A stretch of DNA of 64,000 bases from Octopus sinensis. Its lineage: Eukaryota. Each line of letters opens with the position of its first letter. Positions within the stretch are counted from its first letter, which is position 1. The position numbers and the translations under genes are program-made. This document shows, piece by piece, positions 53,451-64,000 of this stretch. A model generated the notes under the pieces. That model did not search any database, was not told the origin of the DNA, and saw only the letters and a list, made by a program, of their open reading frames with translations. Location: assembly GCF_006345805.1 (NCBI RefSeq), contig NC_043015.1, positions 15,438,001 through 15,502,000 of the forward strand, given 5' to 3'.

Positions 53451-55356
53451 GTTTCAAATTTTTGGCACAAGGCCAGCAAATTTAGGGCTGGGATTACGTC
53501 GATTACATCGACCCCAGTGATCAATTGGTACTTATTTTATCGACGCCGAAAGAATGAAAGGTGAGACCATCAACCTTACAGTAGTTATTTCTGATAGTAA
53601 AGACATTGCAAACAAACCAAACTAATACTTTGTATTTCCAAGATATTGAATTTATTCTATTTCGACTGTACCGATTGTATTAGAATTTTTTGTATGACAT
53701 CTACTGAAATGCATGTCTTATTCTATTTCATTAAATCTCATTTCTTGAATTTATTCTGATGATGAATTTATTGAATTTATTCTTATGCTGTCTGAAAAAA
53801 TATAATATTAGTAAGAGTGAAATATGATGAGATTTGTTGGACAAAAACGTTTACTCGCGGCCAGCCAAGATGCGAAGCAGTTTGAATTTCTAGTCGAAGA
53901 CATTTGACTTTATTTACTTCTGCTAAAGAACTGTTATTATTAAAACCTGAATGATTCTCCGAAATCGACTTTGCCTTTATCCCTTCGGGGTCGATGAAAT
54001 AAATTCCAGTTGAGTACTGGAGTTGATGTAATCGACTGTCACCCTCCCCAAAAATTTCAGGCCTTGAGTCTGTAACAGAAACGATTAATAAAACCGGAAT
54101 GCATTGAATTATTTCAAAAGTAATACCGACTGTCTTGACTGCTTTTACGGCTGAAAGAATTTCTATTAAGGTAAATACCTATATTCCAGTCGAAAATACA
54201 TCACATGAGACGAAATGCTATTTGGCAAGATGATTTCCTATAATTTTAATTTATCTCTCTTATCAGTTTCCGTTTATTGTCCATTACTCCTATTGGTTAC
54301 GGATCAATTTAATCAAATGATCTACGAACTATAAAACCAGCTTTATAATCTCTAATTTCCCTGAAAAACAGTCCAACTTAGGAAATGAACAAATATAGAT
54401 TCCAAGCTAAAGAACAGTTGATTATATCGACCTTAGTATTTGACTAAGTACTTTATTTTATCTACCCTGGTATGGTGAAAAGGAGATTAACAAACATATC
54501 AAATTGATTTACGAATGGAATTGTATTCCAAATTATTAAGATCAAAGGCAGCGAGCAGGTTGAATCGTTAGCACGTCTGACAAAATGCTTAACAGCATTC
54601 AAATTCCACCGAGGTCGACTTAGCCTTTTATCCTTTCAGGATCGATGAAATATGTATGAGTTGAGTATTGTGGTCGATGTAATCGATGAGCGCCTGCCTC
54701 CCTCAAAATTTCAGACCTTGTTCTTATAGCAGAATGAAAACAATTATAAAACCATTAATTTTGGGTATACAAATCACGATTGAAATTCTATCATTTCTTC
54801 TTAAACCTAGATTTATTTTAAGTTTTTCGGGGTCTTTTTATCTTCTTCTTTTTTTTTTTATTTACATGGTTTACCATATTTCGTAGTGTCAAGGGAACTA
54901 TTTTGTTTTTCTTGAATAAATCTTCAAAATTTATCATGCGGCAACATTTACATTTTTTTTTTATAAGTCACTCTGAGGCCCAGATGGAAGATTAATTCTC
55001 TGTATTGTAAAAGAAAAAATACAGGCTATGAAGTGGTCAGCGGGGATTTAAATGTCGCCACGTCACTCACAAAACACCATACCAAAGTATGTGAATGTAT
55101 TGAGACTTTTTTTTTTATCTTATATCTTTTATTTGTTTCAGTCAATATACTGCGGCTATGCTGGAGCATCGCATTGAAGAATTATTTAGTCAAGTGACCT
55201 CAGTACTTATTTGTTTTTGTTTTTTTTTTGTTTTGTTAAGTCTGGTACTTATTCTATCGGATTCTTTTGGAAAACAGTTAAGTTGCGGGGACGTAAACAC
55301 ACCAACACCGATTGTCAAGCGGTAGTAGGGGAATGACACACACACACAGACACACA

Positions 55357-55474
55357 CAGTAGTCCCCCTGTATTCGCGGGAATTATGTTCCTAGAGCACC
55401 CGCGAATAGTGAAAAACCGTGAATACTGGACGTGGTCCATAAAAATGCCTATAAATGTCAAAATATAACGTAAA

Positions 55475-55553
<79 letters not shown>

Positions 55554-58055
55554 TAAATATGCGGAAAATTCTGTCTGAGGGTGTGTTTGTGGAGTTCTTA
55601 GCTAACCGTTTTATCGATTTTGATGTAACTTGACACATGACTGGAACTCATATCTGGAAACCTCATGGTATACTCAGATTATTGAAAAATAAAATAGATA
55701 ATAGGGCCTCTGGAAGGGGTCCTAATATATAGCCAAGGGAAATAACCCATTCATTTTCCTAAATTATTTGGTAAAAATGAAATTGAGTATGCTTATTTCT
55801 TAGTATTTGAACTGTTAGAGATATTTTCGCAATTCATCCATTACATCCCTTAAACAAGTAAATAGTATTTTCCTAAACAATAGATTCACTTATTATGGTT
55901 AGCGGCTTATTCACGAATATAGCAACACAAGCGCTCCTGAGGGTAATATTCTCTGGGAATGCACAAAGCCCTTTTCATAGTTATTTACCTTGAATTGTTA
56001 TTATCTCATATCTGATTAGCCTGTTATTATGTAACATGCTTCACGATTTTAGTATACTTCCCTTATTAGTATTTCCTTCTATGTTCTATATACTCTGGGA
56101 ACACATTAAAGCCCTTTTCGAGGCTAATTTATTTGAATTCTTAACTGACTTCAGAATTTGGGTATTCACAACTTATTGGGAATTCCTAAAAACAAGATCC
56201 TGTGTAAGACAGTTCGTTATTCTCAGTAAATGCACAAAAACCATATTAAGAGCTACATACTTTGTATTGTTGTTATTAGGTTAGTGAAATAATTATGAGA
56301 ACGGAACCAAGGGATAAGTCCCGCTTTCCCGGGAATTATCGGGTACGTCAGTTGTCTACAACATATATGAGAAATTCTGTCTGTGAGTCTGTTTGTGGAG
56401 TTGTTAGCTAACTCCTCCTACATAGTTTTATCGATTTTGATGAAACTTGACACGTGAGTAGAACTCATGTCTGGAAACCTCATGGCATACTCAGATTTTT
56501 GAAAAAAAAATCGATAACACGGCCCCTGGAAGGGATTCTTATATATCTAATATATTTCATTTTAACAGCCAAAGGAAATAACCCATTTGCCCAGATTTTA
56601 ACAGCCAAGGGAAATAACCCATTCATTTTCCTAAATCATTTGGTATAAATTAAATTGTGTATTTGAGCTGTTAGGGTTAATATCGCAATTTATCCAGTAC
56701 AACACTTAAACAAGTAAATAGTATTTTCTAAACATCTTCCAGAACAAGTCAGTCTCGTCCATACTGAAAACCTGTTCCGGTTTGTATCCCTTCACCTCGA
56801 TGATCTACCTGAAGGTCTCGAAGTACTTCTCGGCGGCGGCTGATGCTGTCTCTCCATATTTTATTTTAAGCCGTTTCTTGAAACGGTCAAACCATCCCTT
56901 GCTGGTTTTAAAATCTTCGGGCTCCGGTGCTGTCAATGGTCTTGGTTACGGTTCTTCGGTGCTTTCTGTTCCATCTCCTCCATCAAACTGCTGGTATAAT
57001 TTTCTCGCTTTCTCGCAGACGATGTCACCACTCAAGGGGATGTTTTTCTTCTTGCAGTCGCTGATCTACAGTGCCAAGTCAGATTCCATCCTGACGAAAT
57101 ACTTATTTCTCACTATCGTTATCTTTTTGGCACTTTCACAGAAACTTACTGCTATGGTAGTCCTGATCGCCACCTCGTTCTTCTTTATGTAGTGCGTTCT
57201 TCTTTATGGTGCTTTTGTTGACAACATAATAGCGACCTACTGCAGCATATCTTTTACCTTCCCGGAACATATCAAGTAGTTGTGCCTTCTCGTGGAGCGT
57301 CATAACCTTTTTCTGACGCTTAGGTTCACTGCCAGGAGCTTTAGAAGGTGTAGGGCGTTTGGACGGCACCTTAGGGCTTTAATAACACTCTACGAAAATC
57401 ACAGCACTTCACAAAATATTGGAGATAGCTACTGGACGCATCACCCCCCCCCCAAAAAAAAAAGAAACCTACAAAATATCTTGCGTCTAATATGCGCATA
57501 CCACAAGTGGGATATTGAGCAGAGACTAAAAATAATCATGGTTTCGAAAAATTTAGTTTGTATTACCACTAGATACAGTAATCTATACTATGATAATGAG
57601 AGAGAGAGAGAGAGAGGTGGGGGGGACCAACAAGTAACCTAATATCAATAAGGCTATATTGGCTCACGACCTTGAAAATTATCTTGTTGAAATGAACATT
57701 GTGTATAATCAAATGTAGCGATGAGATTTTTAAAAAAGCGCTGGTAATGGCTAGACCAATTAGTAAGCTTTGATTGAAAGCAGGAATAAGAGATACAAGA
57801 TACCGCGTACATGCATCGAAATAAAAAAAAAAAGTCAAGCGACGTGATGCGCGGCTATTCAAATTAGAGGGTCCTTCGGCTGTGAAGGAGCATCCAGTAA
57901 ACCAGCTTAATATGGTATATTATTGTTAATAGTTAAGCCTTAAAAAGTGTGAAAAAGTATGTATTGCCACGAAAAATGCCTTAAAAAATCGCGGACGATA
58001 TTTTTTCGATTCTGTAAACAATTATAAGTTCCGCGAATAAGCCGGGGGTACACTG
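55357..58055 (-). mobile_element. Tigger/pogo DNA transposon (internally disrupted)
   Basis: Imperfect TIRs CAGTAGTCCCCCTGTATTCGCGG and CCGCGAATAAGCCGGGGGTACACTG. CENP-B-type HTH (KRQKKVMTLHEKAQLLD...NKSTI), FKTSKGWFDRFKKR and QVFSMDETDLFWK at 56735-57369. Confidence 0.85.
55552..56733 (+). mobile_element. Two copies of a Helitron/Helentron-type non-autonomous element nested in Tigger
   Basis: About 330-bp shared segment (55560-55880 vs 56370-56733). Copy 1 ends with hairpin CCCG-GGAATTAT-CGGG followed by TACGTCAGTTGT, resembling a Helitron 3' end. Confidence 0.5.
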
Positions 58056-58247
58056 TGTATATATATTCTCTTTTACTTGTTTCATCATTTGACTGTGGCC
58101 ATGCAGGGGCACCGCCTTTAGTTGAGCAAATCGACCCCAGGACTTATTCTATCGATCTCTTTTTGCCGAACCGCTAAGTTACGGGGACGTAAACACACCA
58201 GCATCGGTTGTCAAGCGATGTTGGGGACACACACACGCACACACACA

Positions 58248-58486
58248 TACATACATACATACATACATACATACATACATACATACATACATACATACAT
58301 ACATACATACATACATACATACATACATACATACATACATACATACATACATACATACATACATACATACATACATACATACATACATACATACATACAT
58401 ACATACATACATACATACATACATACATACATACATACATACATACATACATACATACATACATACATACATACATACATACATAC
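58248..58486. repeat. Pure (CATA)n microsatellite inside a SINE
   Basis: Uninterrupted tetranucleotide array of about 240 bp. Confidence 0.95.
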
Positions 58487-59046
58487 GTTGGATTCTTTCA
58501 GTTTCCGTCTACCAAATTCACTCACAAGAGTTTGGTCGGCCCGAGGCTATAGTAGAAAACACTTGCCCAAGGTGCCACGCAGTGGGACTGAACATGGTAC
58601 CACGTGGGCTTCTTTTAGTTTCCGTCTCACAAGGTCGGTCCGAGGCTATAGTAGAAGACGCTTGCTCACCAAGCTTCTTGTTTAATTTTCTATTAAATTT
58701 TTCCAGTCAATGAAGCTGTACTGCCCGTGATGCCAGGATATACAACAGTTTATTACTTTGGTATAATATACTGCGTAGTTTAATTATTCGTGAACCCAAC
58801 GTGTACTTTAATTTATTCTTAAGTCCAACGTTTAGGTTTAATGTTTTGTATTTCATATGAATGGTCACGAATGAATGGTTCGCATGCAGACTGATTTGAA
58901 GTGATGTTTTTGCCTTAAAGGATTGTGTTGCTATTTAAAGATAAATATCATTACAGATAGTAAATCTACGAACGTGAACAAAAAAGTTAATATTACAGAA
59001 AAAGAACATTTGTTGTTAAGGGGAAATCAGAATAATAACACAGTTT

Positions 59047-59281
59047 CTTATTTCTTTACTGCCCACAAGGGGCTACACACAGAGGGGACAAACAAGGACA
59101 GACAAACGGATTAAGTCGATTATATCGACCCCAGCGCGTAACTGGTACTTAATTTATCGACCCCGAAAGGAAGAAAGGCAAAATCGACCTCGGCGGAATT
59201 TGAACTCAGAACGTAACGGCTGACGAAATACGGCTACGCATTTCGCCCGGCTTGCTAACGTTTCTGCCAGTTCGCCGCCTT
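59047..59281 (-). mobile_element. Full-length tRNA-derived SINE, family 2
   Basis: Head AAGGCGGCGAACTGGCAGAAACGTTAGC, B box GAGTTCAAATTCC and core GCCTTTC(T/A)TCCTTTCGGGGTCGATAAATTAAGTACC. Related copies near 3390, 10880, 17632, 24770, 27450, 49690, 51290, 52970, 53225, 53450, 53960, 54545, 60575. Confidence 0.9.
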
Positions 59282-60058
59282 ATATAATAACACAGTTTCA
59301 TGTATATCCTTGATCAAACCACAGACAAATTATCACACATGCTCGGACGTTTTACGTCCTATTTATAGCATGCTTCACTTTTGGTTTGTAAATATATTTA
59401 CAATTTAAGGTAGCACTGTGGCAGTATATCAAACTATGTATCCCAAATCTTTAAAGCATTAATTAAAATGTAGGTTGTAAATAGAAACAGATGATTTGCA
59501 ATTGAACTGAATATTTTACTTGAATTCGATTCCATACATTATCAGTTGCTGATGTTTTGTACAAAGAAAAGGAAATTAAATTAAATTAAAATATGAATGG
59601 TTTCATTCTGTATTAGACTAATACATACTTGTCGAACTTTTGTACTCCGTATATAAGATAAACATGGAACTAGACATTTCTCTTAAAATCAAGTAAAAAA
59701 TATAAAGACAAAGCATTTTAAAAATATTCATTCATAAAGATATCGACAATATTTGGTGTTTGTATGTATAGTAGAGGCGCTCGTGTGGGTGTAAAGCGGG
59801 GAGCAGTTAGAATTGGGAGTGGAGATTGACAATGGAATTAATCAATATTTGTACATCTTAACTAGAAAATAAATGCGAAGGAAATGGGAAAAGAAGAACA
59901 ATGACTCAAGTGACAGGAAATTTATTTCCCTAGAATGAAATATTGAGCCGTTAAAAACAATCGCAACACAGCAGTCTTTTGAATGAAAGCTGTTAATCTT
60001 ACCAAACATCTTACTAAAAATAACGTTCGCTAAAAGAAATCGTGTATTTTCTTTCAAG

Positions 60059-60122
60059 ACGACAAATCGGCAATTGAATACCAGAACTGGAACCTGACAA
60101 TTCCAAGTTCTTATATAATCAG
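60059..60122 (+). other. Candidate exon of a plus-strand gene extending right
   Basis: Acceptor tattttctttcaag| and donor CAG|gtatga. Open only in phase 1 (DKSAIEYQNWNLTIPSSYII). CpG density drops immediately downstream. Confidence 0.25.
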
Positions 60123-61329
60123 GTATGATTTAGCAATTAATCTTTCAGAAAGTATTTACTTTAATGAAAAATAGTAGTAGTACCTAATCTATTCAACTGA
60201 TCTAGTCTAGGTAATCCACCTCACGTAGCCAACTTCTTAACTAATGAACATCATATGTAACTGAAAGTATAGAATGAACTCATTACTATCCCCTCGTCTA
60301 CAGATTCTCTTACTCACAGATTTGTTTTGTCTAAATGCAATCTATAGACTGATCTTACTTGTCTTCAGACAAACATAAGTTGATATCTAGAGGTTGAGCA
60401 TAAGTTGATAGTCACAACCTTTAGATGACTATTTTGTGAATGTAGTCTGTACTCTTTCTGGTAAACATTTTCTGCATACTCTCTCAGCATCCAGAATGCA
60501 AGTTTAGTTAGCTGGAGAAACTAATTTGATACCTATTCACAGTGTCTTCCTTTTTTCGCTAGTCATGCAGTTGAAATGGCGAGTCTGGCCTAATCGTTAC
60601 TATGCTGGACAAAATGCTTAGCGGCATTTCTTCTGATTTTACTTTCTGAGTTTAAATACTGCTGGTGTCGACTTTGCTTTTCGTTTTTTGGGGGGATAAA
60701 ATATGTAGCAGCTGAGCTGGGGGTTGATGTTATCAACTTGCCTCCTCCCTACAAAAATACTGGCCTTATGCCAAAATTTGAAACCAATATTCACACAGTT
60801 CGTGAGATGTTGCTACAGAAACTGGCATACTGATAGTGTACTACCTTCGACATTCCATCTCTGGATTTGATCTCAGAATTCACTCTTTAAGTCATTTACC
60901 TAAATGTTGTGCAGTCTCTGTTGGAATCTGTAAGGTTTTTCTTTTCTAGATTACCATTTCAGGATGTGTGCCACATTGATATGCTCTTGTGAGCTAAATT
61001 TTCAGTTAACCCTATCAAGTTGATATTTTCAGCTTGTCACCTGTCTCATATTTTCAGATAATCTTTTTTAACCTTGTTAAGTATACTCATCATAATTCTC
61101 TTTTCAGGCTGGAATATTAATCTAGTTGAAAATTTATGAAAACGACCATTTTTAGTCGAATTTGTTCTAATAGAGTAAATATAATGCTAAACACCTCCCA
61201 ACCATGCACAAGGTCAGGTCGTTGGCAACAAAAGCGGCATCCCACCTGCCCCAATCTTGTAATAGTAATAGTGGTGGTAGTAGTCATCCAACTTCAATTG
61301 GTAACATTATGAGGTTCTAGAAACCTAGT

Positions 61330-61710
61330 GTTTTCAGGTAGCTAACGTGGGTTGATGAATTGCCAGTTCTATTGATGGACTGTAATCCACTGATTGGATT
61401 GGTTGATCCTAGACTGACCGTTGGCTGAAGTGGCTCTTCCATTCAGACTGTGTCTTGTAGTTTCGTTGAATAAAGATCAATACGCCCAACTTCACAGCCA
61501 CCATGCTGCTCCCCATGATTTCACTGTGACCCTGGCTCAGGGATTTTTCATCATTGTATATACTACTGGATGGCCATTGACTCATGCAAGATCTGCCCTT
61601 TGATGGGTCTGTGTTTTCTATCTTGCAGAGTGTTCAAATCACCTTCTTCATCAAGCTTGCTTGGTGAGGTTGCCAGTTTAGTTGCCGACGACCTGAACAT
61701 GCGCATGGTT
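61330..61710 (-). mobile_element. Probable RTE-like LINE 5' fragment
   Basis: RSSATKLATSPSKLDEEG resembles RTE 5' regions. GC-richer than flanks and interrupted by stops. Confidence 0.4.
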
Positions 61711-62643
61711 GGCTATGTTTAGAACTATATTGATTCTATAAGAACAAATTCAATTCAAAAGTGTCGTTTTCATAAATTTCATAAATTTTCAACAAGATTA
61801 ATATCCTGGCCTGAAAAGAAAGTTTAGATAGAATATATTTAACAATGTATAAAAGAATATTATTTGAAAATGTCAAATAGCAATAATTCTAAACTGAAAT
61901 TGTAAATATTGAAAAATATATTTGAACACAAAGAAATACGAAAAAAGCAAAAGATTTTATTTCAACTTAACCCTTTCAGACAACCACTAAGTTCCTAGAT
62001 TTTGTCTCACTATTAGAAAAAGGTGGGTAAAAATCTTGTATATTTTAAGCAGATATCATTACAACTAACAAATGATTATAAATCACTGCCTCAAACTGAA
62101 GACCACGAAATCAAAAATAATAGTGTTTTATCTTGTCAACAATACCTGTCTCGAAATCAAATGCAAACAATTTTGAACAGTACAGAAACCTCATCCAATG
62201 GAGTTGAGCTAATTTTGTCTCATCAAGAGGACAATGACACAAAGAAAGAAAAACATTATCATACCTAAACAGCACATGGTTAGAATGCTCAAAGTTGGAA
62301 CAAATGCTGGGGCTCACCATTACTGGTCATCTTTTTTTGGCAAACGCACATTCTCAGTATAGCACAGAGTTTGACTTTCTTCTTCTGGGTCTCTGGAATT
62401 CTATGTATCGGTGGTAGTGAGTTTGACTGCTTTCACTGAAGAGAGGTAATAGGTCAAAATCATGTGACCTGACAGTTCCAGCACCCATCACAGATGATTC
62501 TCGTCTGCTAATGATGTGTGTGTGCATACATGCTTTTACGCTGCCTGAGTCTATATGAAAGGACCTCTCATATAGATGCAGTATACTATGATCCATCCAT
62601 CTATCTATCTATCTATCTATCTATCTACCTATCTATCTATCTA

Positions 62644-62677
<34 letters not shown>

Positions 62678-62685
62678 AGTCTGAC

Positions 62686-62725
<40 letters not shown>

Positions 62726-62764
62726 AGTCTGACTGTCTGTCTGTCTGTCTGTCTATCAGTCTGA

Positions 62765-62799
<35 letters not shown>

Positions 62800-64000
62800 A
62801 ATATAAACATGTATTTACAACAGGTTTCTTTCCATTTCTGTCTATCAAATCCACTTACAAGGCTTTAGTTGGCCCACAGTTCCACACAGTGGGACTGAGC
62901 CAGAATTATGTGTTGGGGAAGAAAACTCCCAACCACAATGCCATGCCTACACCCATGAATAACTTAAATTTTTATGAAAGTGTATTGATCTATTGGTTAA
63001 TAAAGCACCATATTTTTGCTTTTTAAGCAACACCAATGATCTCTGCAAATGGTTTGGCCTTGAGACCTCAACCAACAGATTTCCTATGTACAGAACCAAA
63101 TGCTTGCTCTTTTAGAAATTAAGGTCATTTATCCAGAAAAATAAGATGTTATTACTTCAATTAATTTCATCAACAGTTGTGAAATTTGATCTTTGAATGT
63201 TTTTAGTATTGTTGGCTTTAAATTAGGGCTGGGAAATTCTTTATGATTTCATATAGAGATATTATCAAACTTCAATCAATTTTAATCTAAATACATTATT
63301 GTGATGTTTTCTTTTCAAGTTTTACAGATTTCCTTTCCAAGTTAAACCAAATCCAAAGAATTTAAAGTGACTTTTAGCTAAACTGTCTCATTTTTTATTG
63401 ATAGCTATTCTTGCATTGTATGTGTGTGTGTTCGAACGTCTGTATGTGTATGTTTTTAAAAGGATCACTAAATACCTTGTAACAGTATGAATGGAGCACA
63501 AAGCAGTAATTAATTCAATCATTACCTGACAAAAGAAACTTCAGACATCAGGTTATTGATGCCATCCTTCATTTTGGTATCAGACTCTCTATTGAAGAAT
63601 TACAATGGCTATATTCCATCAATCGTCTCGAGTAAATTAAATCAATGTTATCCTGCTTGAACCAATTTGATGTAATAACATAATATTTTGTATGATGCTG
63701 GAATAAAATTTGAACAGAGTAAATTCTAATATCTAATAATAACTGTATCTGATAAACAATGACATCAACAATTTTATCTAAAAATAAACTAGGCAACACT
63801 AATTATTTCAAGCAGTGTTTTGGTACCTCATGATACAACTCAAAGAACACCTCACAAAGATTAAGTCTAAAAGTGGGTTGGAATCTAAGACTCATTAATA
63901 AAACTTGCTATGTTAGAAACGACATTCCTAGGACTAACCAAAGTATAATCATTATCTGTGTAACCCAGGAATTGAATGGCATTTAGAACATTCTACATAA

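Noticed and set aside
63520-63650. Open frames on both strands (QVIDAILHFGIRLSIEELQWLY plus; ESDTKMKDGINNLMSEVSFV minus)
   Set aside because: Short, mutually exclusive and unrecognised. Insufficient support.

Overview
AT-rich, repeat-dense animal genomic DNA. The SINE families and microsatellite load look like octopus (inference; no database available). Most of the window is tRNA-derived SINEs, simple repeats and truncated transposons: R4/Dong, RTE, CR1-like, CRE-like and Penelope retroelements, plus mariner/Tc1 and Tigger DNA transposons and a Helitron-type non-autonomous element. No complete gene can be read. The best coding signal is a minus-strand first exon (43738-43972) encoding the N-terminus and transmembrane helix of an unrecognised type II membrane protein, apparently head-to-head with a possible plus-strand start at 44874. 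CpG density divides the window into a CpG-poor left domain (about 1-36 kb), a CpG-rich middle (about 36-60 kb) and a CpG-poor right end, as expected for mosaic gene-body methylation of two flanking genes. The most interesting signals are hammerhead-ribozyme (HHR) motifs. A perfect 159-bp-arm palindrome at 23943-24273 carries a complete minimal type-I HHR on each strand. A composite repeat present twice joins a Pol III tRNA head, an (AAT)n spacer and an HHR-bearing tail. These sit among several other fold-back structures in what is probably intronic sequence.
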